A stretch of DNA of 64,000 nucleotides, from positions 11,830-75,829 of the forward strand of contig CAZCCH010000006.1 of assembly GCA_964497315.1 (NCBI GenBank). Direction: 5' to 3'. Of the stretch, positions 10,577-19,268 are shown piece by piece. The position numbers were made by a program, and so were the translations under genes. The notes below the pieces were generated by a model, which was not told where the DNA came from, searched no databases, and saw nothing but the letters and a program-made list of their open reading frames with translations. The number at the start of each line of letters is the position of its first letter. The stretch's first letter is position 1. Source of the DNA: an uncultured Planctomycetia bacterium. GTDB lineage: Bacteria; Omnitrophota; Gorgyraeia; Taenaricolales; CAZCCH01.

Positions 10577-11317
10577 ATGAGTGATTTAAAAGGCGTTATA
10601 TTAGCAGGCGGTTTGGGCAAAAGGCTAAACCCGCTAACTCAAATAACCAACAAACATCTCTTGCCTGTTTATAACAAACCTATGATTTACTATCCTATTC
10701 AGACTTTGGTGGATGCTGGGATAAAAGACATACTTATTGTTACAGGTGGGAGCCACGCTGGAGATTTCTTACGGCTTTTAGGCAATGGCCAAGAGTTTGG
10801 GCTTAAGCATATAAATTACACCTACCAAAAAGGTGAAGGTGGAATTGCAGAGGCCTTAGGATTAGCTGAGCACTTTGCTGATAATTCCAAAATTGTAGTT
10901 ATATTAGGAGATAATGTGTTTGAAAGGAATTTACAAGAGTCAATTCAGGCCTTCGAAGAACAGCCAAAGGGAGCTAGACTTATCTTAAAAGAAGTAGAGG
11001 ACCCAGAAAGATTCGGTGTAGCCAACATTAAAGATGACAAAATAGTTAGCATTGAAGAAAAGCCAAAAAACCCAAAGTCAAAATATATTGTAACTGGTAT
11101 TTATATGTATGACAACCATGTCTTTGAGATAATAAAAGGACTTAAGCCATCTGATAGAGGTGAGCTTGAAATAACCGATGTGAATAATGCCTATATAAAA
11201 TGGCATGGTATAGAGTATGATGTTTTAGATGGTTGGTGGACTGATTGCGGTACATTTGAGTCATTATTGCAATCCAATATTCTAGTTGCAGAAAGAAAAA
11301 AGAAAGGTAAATCATGA
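10577..11317 (+). CDS. Sugar-1-phosphate nucleotidyltransferase (glucose-1-phosphate thymidylyltransferase-like)
   Basis: 'GVILAGGLGKRLNPLTQITNKHLLPVYNKPMIYYPI' is the typical RmlA/G1P-nucleotidyltransferase N-terminus. 246 aa. Confidence 0.7.
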   Translation: MSDLKGVILAGGLGKRLNPLTQITNKHLLPVYNKPMIYYPIQTLVDAGIKDILIVTGGSHAGDFLRLLGNGQEFGLKHINYTYQKGEGGIAEALGLAEHFADNSKIVVILGDNVFERNLQESIQAFEEQPKGARLILKEVEDPERFGVANIKDDKIVSIEEKPKNPKSKYIVTGIYMYDNHVFEIIKGLKPSDRGELEITDVNNAYIKWHGIEYDVLDGWWTDCGTFESLLQSNILVAERKKKGKS

Positions 11318-12312
11318 AACTTTTAATAACTGGCGGGGCAGGGTTTATTGGATCTAATTTTATAAGGCATATTTTAAAGAAATATCCTGAGTACGAAATT
11401 ACGAACCTCGATAATCTTAGCTATGCTGGCAATCTAATGAACCTTAAAGACATAGAGTCGAATTCAAACTACAATTTTCAAAAAGGCGATATCTGCGATC
11501 CTAAGATTTTAGATGAGTTGGCCAAAGCTGCCGATATAATAGTTAATTTCGCAGCAGAGAGCCACGTGGATCGTTCCATTCAGGATGCCTCAGGTTTTAT
11601 CCAGACAAACGTAGTTGGGACTCAAGTGTTGTTAGAAGCGGCAAAAAAATACAAGACAAAATTATTCTTACAGATATCTACGGATGAAGTTTACGGCTCT
11701 GTTGTAGAGGGTTTTTCTAAAGAAGCAGATTCCCTAGAGCCAAATAGCCCTTATTCTGCCAGTAAGGCAGCCGCAGATTTGCTGGTGCGTTCTTACCATA
11801 TTACCCATGGTCTTCCTACAGTTACTACAAGAAGCAGCAATAATTTTGGGCCATATCAATATCCTGAAAAGATCATTCCTTTGTTCATAACGAATCTGCT
11901 CGAAGGAAAGAAGGTTCCAGTATATGGAGATGGCATGAATATCAGGGATTGGATTTATGTCTTAGATAATTGCGAGGCCATAGATTTTGTACTGCATAGG
12001 GGCAAGGTTGGAGAAATTTACAATATAGCAAGTGGAGATTTATTGTCAAATATAGAATTAACAAAGAAACTTCTTGATGTTATGGGTAAGACAGAATCAA
12101 TGATTACCTATGTTAAAGACAGGCCAGGTCATGACAAAAGATACTCCTTGGACACAAGTAAACTTTTTCAACTTGGATGGCAGCCGCAATATAATTTTGC
12201 AGAAGCCCTAGAGGATACAATAAGATGGTATGAATCTCACATAGATTGGTGGAGGGATATAAAACAGAAACGCAAAGATTTTCAGGATTATTATACTAAG
12301 CAGTACAGCTAG
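11314..12312 (+). CDS. rfbB: dTDP-glucose 4,6-dehydratase
   Basis: '[14 protein letters not shown]' Rossmann motif, 'YSASKAAADLL' catalytic YxxxK, and the RmlB C-terminal domain. 332 aa. Confidence 0.85.
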   Translation: MKLLITGGAGFIGSNFIRHILKKYPEYEITNLDNLSYAGNLMNLKDIESNSNYNFQKGDICDPKILDELAKAADIIVNFAAESHVDRSIQDASGFIQTNVVGTQVLLEAAKKYKTKLFLQISTDEVYGSVVEGFSKEADSLEPNSPYSASKAAADLLVRSYHITHGLPTVTTRSSNNFGPYQYPEKIIPLFITNLLEGKKVPVYGDGMNIRDWIYVLDNCEAIDFVLHRGKVGEIYNIASGDLLSNIELTKKLLDVMGKTESMITYVKDRPGHDKRYSLDTSKLFQLGWQPQYNFAEALEDTIRWYESHIDWWRDIKQKRKDFQDYYTKQYS

Positions 12313-12329
12313 CAAAATAAGGGTAAAGA

Positions 12330-13226
12330 TTGAAGATATTCATAACCGGTATTGCTGGGATGCTGGGTCAAGCTCTAAGTGCAAATCTTAGAAGTGGACA
12401 TTTAGTAGCAGGACTTGACAAAAGACAGGATAGCAAAGATTCCACAACCGAAGCTGCAGCATTTCATTATTGCGATATTATAGATAAAGAAAAAGTTAAA
12501 GATGCAATATCAGGATTTAAGCCTGATGTAGTGGTTCACGCTGCGGCATATACAGATGTTGATGGCTGTGAGCGCAATCCCAACAAGGCCGCGGAGATAA
12601 ATGTTGATGGAACTAAAAACGTAGCAGAGGTTGTAAGCCAATGCGGGGCCGCCATAATTTATATAAGCACCGATTACGTATTTGATGGAAAGAAAACCCA
12701 CTCTTACACCGAAGATGACTTACCGAGTCCTATTAACGTATATGGCACTACTAAATTAAAAGGCGAAGAGATCATTCAATCTACGTGCAGTAAATTTGTT
12801 ATTGTCAGGACAAGCTGGGTGTTTGGGGCTGGTGGTGAAAATTTTCCTGATAAAATAGCAAAACTTGCCAAAAAAGAAAAGTTGCTAAAGTTGGTATACG
12901 ATAAAGTTGCTTCACCTACTTATACTAAAGATCTCTCTTCGGCTATAGCTGAAATATTAGTCTTATTTCCCAAGAAATTTCTTCCGGGGATTTACAATGT
13001 TACAAACAGCGGTTTTTGCTCCTGGTTTGAACTTGGCAAGGAAGTTTTAAGACTAAAACAGATAGAGGGTGTTGATTTAGCACCGATAAAACTAGAAGAT
13101 TTTTTAAGGGATGCCAAGGTGCCGAAGATGTCAGCACTAGATAATACTCGTTTTAAAGAGACATTTGGTGAATTACGCCTTTGGCAGGAAGCCTTGAAAG
13201 ATTACATGGTAAAGGAGAAAGATTAG
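12330..13226 (+). CDS. rfbD: dTDP-4-dehydrorhamnose reductase
   Basis: 298 aa with a TTG start. 'IFITGIAGMLGQAL...YGTTKLKGEE' is the RmlD-type short-chain reductase pattern. Confidence 0.8.
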   Translation: MKIFITGIAGMLGQALSANLRSGHLVAGLDKRQDSKDSTTEAAAFHYCDIIDKEKVKDAISGFKPDVVVHAAAYTDVDGCERNPNKAAEINVDGTKNVAEVVSQCGAAIIYISTDYVFDGKKTHSYTEDDLPSPINVYGTTKLKGEEIIQSTCSKFVIVRTSWVFGAGGENFPDKIAKLAKKEKLLKLVYDKVASPTYTKDLSSAIAEILVLFPKKFLPGIYNVTNSGFCSWFELGKEVLRLKQIEGVDLAPIKLEDFLRDAKVPKMSALDNTRFKETFGELRLWQEALKDYMVKEKD

Positions 13227-13228
13227 AT

Positions 13229-14188
13229 ATGAAAGTATTAATTACCGGGATAACAGGTTTTGTTGGCAGTCATTTGGCTGAATTTTTACTTACAAAGGGT
13301 GGGGTTGAACTTCATGGTATTGAGAGATGGAGGAGCAAGACCGAGAACATTGACCATGTTGTAGATAAGCTTATCTTGCATGAGTGCGATATAAGAGATG
13401 CATCAAGTGTAAGAGAAGTCATAGAAAAGGTGAGGCCAGAGAGCATATTTCATTTGGCAGCACAGTCTTTTGTTCTTAGTTCATGGCGTGCTCCAGCAGA
13501 AACGCTTACTACAAATATTATAGGCCAGCTTAATATATTTGAGGCTGTTAGGCAAATAGGAATAAATCCTCTTATACAGATAGCAGGAAGTTCAGAAGAA
13601 TATGGGTTAGTTCATGAAGATGAGTTACCTATCAAAGAAACAAACCCCTTAAGACCTTTAAGTCCATATGCAGTGTCCAAAGTAGGTCAGGACCTGTTGG
13701 CATACCAGTACTACCAGAGTTATAAACTTAATGTTGTAAGGACGCGCGGTTTTAATCATACAGGTCCCAAGAGAGGAGTAGTATTTGCATGTTCAAATTT
13801 TGCAAAGCAAATTGCCATGATTGAAAAAAATCTACAGGAGCCTGTAATACATGTAGGCAATTTGGATGCAAAAAGGGATTTTACAGATGTTAGAGATATG
13901 ATAAGGGGGTATTGTTTGTCTTTGGAAAAAGGGCAACCAGGTGAGGTATATAACATATGCTCAGGTAAGATTTATTCAATAAAAGAAGTTCTGAATATGT
14001 TACTAGGATTTACAAAAGCAAAAGTTGAAGTCAAGCAGGACCCGGGGAGAATGAGGCCTTCGGATGTTCCAGTTTTATTTGGTGATAATTCCAAGTTTGT
14101 AAAACAGACGGGATGGAGTCCAACCATACCCTTTGAACAAACATTAAAAGATTTACTCGATTATTGGAGAGATAAAATAGGAGCATAG
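13229..14188 (+). CDS. NAD-dependent sugar epimerase/dehydratase (GDP-mannose 4,6-dehydratase / Rmd-like)
   Basis: 'VLITGITGFVGSHLAEFLL' with 'YAVSKVGQDLL' YxxxK. Start placed at the Met with RBS 'AAAGGAG' rather than the upstream ORF-track start. Confidence 0.6.
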   Translation: MKVLITGITGFVGSHLAEFLLTKGGVELHGIERWRSKTENIDHVVDKLILHECDIRDASSVREVIEKVRPESIFHLAAQSFVLSSWRAPAETLTTNIIGQLNIFEAVRQIGINPLIQIAGSSEEYGLVHEDELPIKETNPLRPLSPYAVSKVGQDLLAYQYYQSYKLNVVRTRGFNHTGPKRGVVFACSNFAKQIAMIEKNLQEPVIHVGNLDAKRDFTDVRDMIRGYCLSLEKGQPGEVYNICSGKIYSIKEVLNMLLGFTKAKVEVKQDPGRMRPSDVPVLFGDNSKFVKQTGWSPTIPFEQTLKDLLDYWRDKIGA

Positions 14189-14191
14189 CGC

Positions 14192-15493
14192 ATGAATTTA
14201 AAAAATAAGATTCTTAATGGCAAAGCAAAGATAGCAGTAGTAGGCCTGGGGTATGTAGGGCTACCTATTGCGTTTGAGTTTATTAAAAAAGGTTTTTTTG
14301 TTTACGGTCTAGATAAAGATGCAGAAAGGGTAAGTAGTCTTAAAAAAGGCAACTCCTATATCACAGATATTTCTTCACAAGAAGCAAAAAACGCCATAAA
14401 AAGCAATAGATTTTTTACAACCACAAAAGAATCTGTATTAAAAGAGGCTGATGTTGTAATTATCTGCGTGCCTACCCCCCTTCGCAAAACAAGAATACCT
14501 AATATGTCTTACATTATAAAAGCAAGTCGCACAATGGCAAGATATTTACGCCCTGGTCAGCTTATCATACTAGAAAGCACCACCTATCCAGGGACAACTA
14601 AGGATGTAGTGTTACCCATTTTAGAAAGAAAGGGCCCAAGAGAAGGCGAGGATTTCTTTTTATCTTTTTCTCCTGAGAGGATAAATCCCGGAGATAAAAT
14701 ATATACATTTGCCAAGATTCCCAAGATTGTAGGTGGGGTAAGCAAAGGGGCAACAGAACTAACAAAAGCACTTTATTCAAGGATAATAAATAAAGTTATT
14801 CCCGTATCATCTGCAGAGGCGGCAGAGGTAGTAAAACTTCTCGAGAATACATTCAGGATTGTAAACATAGGTCTTATAAATGAATTTGCCATGTTATGTA
14901 ATAAGTTAAAGATAGATGTTTGGGAAGTGGTTGAGGCTGCAAAGACGAAGCCGTTTGGCTTTATGCCATTTTATCCAGGGCCAGGCATAGGGGGACATTG
15001 TATCCCGGCAGACCCAATATATCTTTCCTGGAAGGCACGGAAGGTAGGTTTTAAAACCAACATGATAGACTCAGCTGCTAAAACAAATATCTTTATGCCC
15101 ACTTATGTTGTTAGCAGGGCAGAGTCATTGTTGAATGCAGCAGGCAAAAATATATCCGGTTCAAAAGTGCTAATATTGGGCGTTACATACAAGAGGGATG
15201 TTAAAGATTTGCGAGAGTCACCAGCACTAGAGATAATTGAGCTACTTCAGAAAAGAGGTGCAAAGGTTAGCTATTCAGATCCTTATATCCCCTATCTTAA
15301 TATAAACAATATTAGCCTTAAAGATGTCCCGATTGCACAAAATAGTATTAAAAGGCATGACTTAATAATCTTAGTCACTGACCATAAGGTATTCAACTAT
15401 AAATTGATAACCAAGGCTGCACAGTTAATTTTGGATAGCCGCAATGCATTCAAGAAGGCGCGGATAGAAAAAGGACATATTATAAAACTGTAG
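14192..15493 (+). CDS. UDP-N-acetyl-D-glucosamine/mannosamine 6-dehydrogenase (WbpA/WecC family)
   Basis: 433 aa. 'KIAVVGLGYVGLPIAFEF' and 'GPGIGGHCIP' catalytic Cys region of nucleotide-sugar dehydrogenases. Clearly distinct from the ugd copy at 8804. Confidence 0.75.
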   Translation: MNLKNKILNGKAKIAVVGLGYVGLPIAFEFIKKGFFVYGLDKDAERVSSLKKGNSYITDISSQEAKNAIKSNRFFTTTKESVLKEADVVIICVPTPLRKTRIPNMSYIIKASRTMARYLRPGQLIILESTTYPGTTKDVVLPILERKGPREGEDFFLSFSPERINPGDKIYTFAKIPKIVGGVSKGATELTKALYSRIINKVIPVSSAEAAEVVKLLENTFRIVNIGLINEFAMLCNKLKIDVWEVVEAAKTKPFGFMPFYPGPGIGGHCIPADPIYLSWKARKVGFKTNMIDSAAKTNIFMPTYVVSRAESLLNAAGKNISGSKVLILGVTYKRDVKDLRESPALEIIELLQKRGAKVSYSDPYIPYLNINNISLKDVPIAQNSIKRHDLIILVTDHKVFNYKLITKAAQLILDSRNAFKKARIEKGHIIKL

Positions 15494-15531
15494 GTATTAG
15501 GTATAAAGCTAAAATTAAAAAAGGAGTTAGG

Positions 15532-16473
15532 ATGAGTTTTTATCTTGTGACAGGTGGTGCAGGTTTTATAGGTTCTCATATTGTAGATGCATTGGTAAAG
15601 CAAGGTGAGAAGGTTAGGGTATTGGATAATTTTTGCGAGGGTACAAAGGAAAACCTAGCAGAATCCATAGAAAAAATAGAGCTCATAGAAGGTGACATAA
15701 GGGATGTGGATACCCTGAAGAAATGGTGCGAAAATGTAGATTTTATACTGCATCAGGCAGCGTTAAGGTCTGTTGCCAGATCTGTAGAGGAACCTGCCCT
15801 ATATAATGAGGTAAATGTTACAGGCACTATGAATGTACTTTTAGCTGCAAGGCAAGCAGGTGTTAAGAGAGTTGTATTTGCATCTTCTAGCTCAGTCTTT
15901 GGTGATACTACAAAATTTCCAAACAGAGAAGATGATTTCCCAAGGCCAATATCTCCGTATGCTGCTTCTAAAATGGCAGGAGAGATATATTGCAGGGTAT
16001 TTTCCTGTCTATATGGCTTAGAGACAGTCGCGTTGCGATATTTTAATGTGTACGGACCAAGACAAAATCCTGCCTCTGAATATGCTGCGGTAATCCCTCG
16101 TTTTGTAACGCGCATGCTAAAAGATGAACCTCCTGTAATAGACGGCAATGGTAAGCAATCCAGGGATTTTACCTATGTGAGTAATGTAGTAGATGCTAAC
16201 TTGCTTTCAGCTGTAACAGAGGGGGTATCCCCTGAGGTATTCAATATTTCCTGCGGTAAAGATTATTCAGTTTTGCAGATAGTTAAATACCTAAATAAGA
16301 TCATGGGCAAAAAGATTAAACCAGAGTTTGGCCCTGCACGGTCGGGTGATGTAAAAAGGACGCTTTCGGATATTTCAAAGGCAAAAAGATTAATGCATTA
16401 TACACCAGCAGTAGATTTTAATACAGGTCTTAAAAAGTGTGTTGAGTGGTTTAGCGAAAACTATAAATCATAA
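15532..16473 (+). CDS. NAD-dependent nucleotide-sugar 4-epimerase (WbpP/Gne-like)
   Basis: '[18 protein letters not shown]' with 'YAASKMAGE' YxxxK. About 313 aa, typical of UDP-hexose/uronate 4-epimerases. Confidence 0.7.
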   Translation: MSFYLVTGGAGFIGSHIVDALVKQGEKVRVLDNFCEGTKENLAESIEKIELIEGDIRDVDTLKKWCENVDFILHQAALRSVARSVEEPALYNEVNVTGTMNVLLAARQAGVKRVVFASSSSVFGDTTKFPNREDDFPRPISPYAASKMAGEIYCRVFSCLYGLETVALRYFNVYGPRQNPASEYAAVIPRFVTRMLKDEPPVIDGNGKQSRDFTYVSNVVDANLLSAVTEGVSPEVFNISCGKDYSVLQIVKYLNKIMGKKIKPEFGPARSGDVKRTLSDISKAKRLMHYTPAVDFNTGLKKCVEWFSENYKS

Positions 16474-16486
16474 GGATATCTGCGCT

Positions 16487-16717
16487 ATGGAAGAGACTAA
16501 ATTAACACCAAGACAAAAGGAAGTATGCGAATGCATAAGGAGATACATGCTTGAGAATAAAAGGCCTCCTTATATTCGTGAAATCCAAGACGCATGCAGT
16601 ATTTCTTCGTACAAAGGGACCGTAGACAGACTTCTTGCGCTTGAGAAAAAAGGCTACATTGTTAGAAAACTAAACAAGCATAGGGGTATTGTCTTAAACA
16701 GTGTTTTCTCTGAATAA
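16487..16717 (+). CDS. Stand-alone LexA-type winged-helix DNA-binding protein (no peptidase domain)
   Basis: 'LTPRQKEVCECIRRYMLENKRPPYIREIQDAC...VDRLLALEKKGYIVRK' matches the LexA N-terminal DNA-binding domain fold. Only 76 aa, with no S24 peptidase domain. Internal Met chosen as start. Confidence 0.5.
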   Translation: MEETKLTPRQKEVCECIRRYMLENKRPPYIREIQDACSISSYKGTVDRLLALEKKGYIVRKLNKHRGIVLNSVFSE

Positions 16718-16732
16718 TATGCACGGCATATT
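16716..16732. promoter_or_regulatory. 17-bp perfect palindrome AATATGC-ACG-GCATATT (candidate operator or weak terminator)
   Basis: Read directly from the sequence. It overlaps the stop codon of the LexA-like gene, sits 25 bp upstream of the uxs start, and is followed by TTTT. Confidence 0.3.
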
Positions 16733-16756
16733 TTAAGAGGATCGAGGAGACTCAAG

Positions 16757-17686
16757 ATGAAGATACTGATTACCGGCGGAGCTGGGTTTATAGGTTCCCA
16801 TCTATGTGAATCATTGGTCAATAAGGGTCACAAGATAATTTGCCTAGATAATTTAATAACGGGAAATATATCTAACATAGAGAAGCTACGCGATTATAAA
16901 AATTTTAAATTTATAACACATGATGTAAGCACATACATAGATGTAAAAGGCAAGGTTGACTGCGTGCTCCATTTTGCATCACCGGCAAGTCCTATAGATT
17001 ATTTGAACTTTCCAATTCAGACCTTAAAGGTAGGCTCTTTGGGTACTCACAATACATTGGGCGTGGCCAAGGCGAAAGGTGCTAAATTTTTGCTGGCCTC
17101 AACAAGCGAGGTCTACGGAGACCCATTAGTACATCCTCAGCCTGAGTCTTACTGGGGTAATGTAAATTGTGTAGGTCCGCGTGGTGTATATGATGAGGCA
17201 AAGAGATTTGCCGAGGCCATTACAATGGCTTATCACAAAGTTCATAAAGTTGATACCAAGATAGTTCGCATATTCAACACATATGGGGAGAGGATGCGAA
17301 AAGATGATGGTAGGGCCATACCCGCATTCATAAGTCAGGCATTGACGGGAAAGAACATTACCGTATTTGGAGATGGCTTGCAGACCCGCTCCTTTTGTTA
17401 TATATCAGATATGGTGGATGGATTGTTGCGGCTTATTGATAGTGAGCTAAACGAACCGGTTAATATAGGCAATCCACACGAGATGTCTGTTTTAGATTTG
17501 GCTAAGAAGATAATAGAGATAACCAATTCAAAAAGCAAGATTGTATTTGAGCCTTTGCCTGTAGATGACCCCAAGGTTAGGCAACCGGACATTACAAAGG
17601 CAAGGGATTTATTAGGTTGGTCTGCACAGGTAGATTTAGATAAAGGGCTTAGGAAGACGATAGAGTGGTTTAGAGATAATATATGA
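16757..17686 (+). CDS. uxs: UDP-glucuronate decarboxylase (UDP-xylose synthase)
   Basis: 309 aa. '[18 protein letters not shown]', 'YDEAKRFAE' catalytic motif. The length and motifs match UXS/ArnA-decarboxylase-type short-chain dehydrogenases/reductases (SDRs). Pairs with the upstream ugd gene. Confidence 0.8.
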   Translation: MKILITGGAGFIGSHLCESLVNKGHKIICLDNLITGNISNIEKLRDYKNFKFITHDVSTYIDVKGKVDCVLHFASPASPIDYLNFPIQTLKVGSLGTHNTLGVAKAKGAKFLLASTSEVYGDPLVHPQPESYWGNVNCVGPRGVYDEAKRFAEAITMAYHKVHKVDTKIVRIFNTYGERMRKDDGRAIPAFISQALTGKNITVFGDGLQTRSFCYISDMVDGLLRLIDSELNEPVNIGNPHEMSVLDLAKKIIEITNSKSKIVFEPLPVDDPKVRQPDITKARDLLGWSAQVDLDKGLRKTIEWFRDNI

Positions 17687-19254
17687 AAAAACTTTATGTG
17701 TATTTAATACTGTTGTTTGTATTTGCCTATTTGCCAAATAGTAGTTATGCCGAGGTCTCTGTCAATGTGCCCATACACCATTGGTCCTACAATGCATTAG
17801 AACATCTAGTACTTAGCGGAATGGTAGGTAACGATGGTTTGAATACAAGACCCATGACTAGGATGCAAATAGCACGTAAGGTTGCCTCAGGCATAGAATA
17901 TACACAAAGACAACGATTTCTTTCTGTCTATGATAATCAAAAGCTAGATCGTTGTCAGGAATTTCTATATAAACTTATGGATGAATTTAAACCTGAGCTT
18001 ATGCGATTAGGAGTGAGTCAATTAGATACGGGTGAGCCGTTTAACAAAAATATCCATTTTAAACTAGCAGACCCTATAAAAACTGAAAAGGTATATACCC
18101 GCCTAGAAGAAGATGAACAGGTATTACTTGAGAACAAAAATGGCTGGAAGTTAAAAGATGGATTAAACCTAAGGACAAAGATAAGAGGATGGGTCGAAAT
18201 AGGAGATATGTTGGCATTAAGCATTGAGCCTGCAATGAGAGCTTCGGAAGATGAAATGGATCTGGATCTAGAAGAGATTTGTTTTAAGGTAGGTATTGGA
18301 AATTTAGAGATGGGATTTGGCAGGGATACCCTGTGGTGGGGACCCGGATATCATGGTTCCATGCTTTTATCTAATAACGCATACCCATTGCCCATGTTGA
18401 AACTTAGCAACCAACGTCCGTACAAATTGCCTTGGTTGCTTAAAGAAATGGGAGATTGGAACAGCGTATTTTTCATAAGCAGACTTGAAGAAAAGAGGGT
18501 GATATCAGAGCCATATCTGGTAGGTATGAGGACAGAATATAATCCGTTTTCTTATTTTACCTTTGGTATGTCCAGGACAATAATATTAGGTGGTGAAGGT
18601 AGACCACATCTTTCCTTGAGTGATTATGTAAGGATTTTCAGGGCAGCAGGAAGGACAGAATTTAAAGAAGGCAAGCTTAATACAGATCAACTTGCGGCCT
18701 TTGATTTTACATTAAGACTACCCAGAAGCCAACAAGAATTCTTTAAATGGCTTAGCAATATAGAACTATATTGGGAGTATGCAGGTGAAGATAGGTTTGC
18801 CCCTTGGGAAAATGAAGCCCCAGGTTACCTACTGGGTATTTATACACCGGACTTATTTAGATTTAATGGGTTAGATTTTAGGGCTGAGTATGCAAAGACA
18901 GGTTCTAGCTGGTACACCCATGGTACATATGGAACGGGATACAGATATAAAGGTTCCATATTAGGCCATCATATGGCAACGGATGCGCAGGATATATTTC
19001 TTATGTTATCAAAAGATTTTGAAAATAATATAAAGGCAAACTTTACCTTGGATGTCGAAAGACAGGGTGTTTCTTTATCGAATGTACAAAGGAAATTGGA
19101 GCTTGGAATTAATTTTGCCTTGGCTCCTTTTGAAGATAAAGATTTGAATATAGAAGCTGGTTATGAACTGGAGCATTTTGATAATTATGAAAATGTAGCG
19201 AATAAAAAGGTGAAAAATCATATTTTAGAATTTGCTACCCACTTGAAATTTTAA
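17683..19254 (+). CDS. Secreted outer-membrane protein, Wzi-like capsule-assembly candidate
   Basis: Signal peptide '[23 protein letters not shown]'. N-terminal '...[13 protein letters not shown]...' helical region, then a long beta-rich region with many aromatics. Position immediately upstream of the Wza-like gene. Confidence 0.4.
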   Translation: MKKLYVYLILLFVFAYLPNSSYAEVSVNVPIHHWSYNALEHLVLSGMVGNDGLNTRPMTRMQIARKVASGIEYTQRQRFLSVYDNQKLDRCQEFLYKLMDEFKPELMRLGVSQLDTGEPFNKNIHFKLADPIKTEKVYTRLEEDEQVLLENKNGWKLKDGLNLRTKIRGWVEIGDMLALSIEPAMRASEDEMDLDLEEICFKVGIGNLEMGFGRDTLWWGPGYHGSMLLSNNAYPLPMLKLSNQRPYKLPWLLKEMGDWNSVFFISRLEEKRVISEPYLVGMRTEYNPFSYFTFGMSRTIILGGEGRPHLSLSDYVRIFRAAGRTEFKEGKLNTDQLAAFDFTLRLPRSQQEFFKWLSNIELYWEYAGEDRFAPWENEAPGYLLGIYTPDLFRFNGLDFRAEYAKTGSSWYTHGTYGTGYRYKGSILGHHMATDAQDIFLMLSKDFENNIKANFTLDVERQGVSLSNVQRKLELGINFALAPFEDKDLNIEAGYELEHFDNYENVANKKVKNHILEFATHLKF

Positions 19255-19268
19255 ACAAGGAGTCTTCC

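Noticed and set aside
15753..16148. 131-aa antisense ORF inside the 4-epimerase gene
   Set aside because: It is embedded in a confident + strand SDR gene and has no start context, so it is a shadow ORF. The same applies to all other '-' strand ORFs in the track (for example 42134..42658 and 61019..61597), which all sit inside + strand genes with clear domain signatures.
16716..16740. Hairpin plus T-run as a rho-independent terminator
   Set aside because: The stem is only 7 bp, all but two pairs are A·T, and the T-run is short (TTTT then AAG). uxs follows 25 bp later with its own RBS. An operator role seems more plausible, so it is reported as a regulatory palindrome and not as a terminator.
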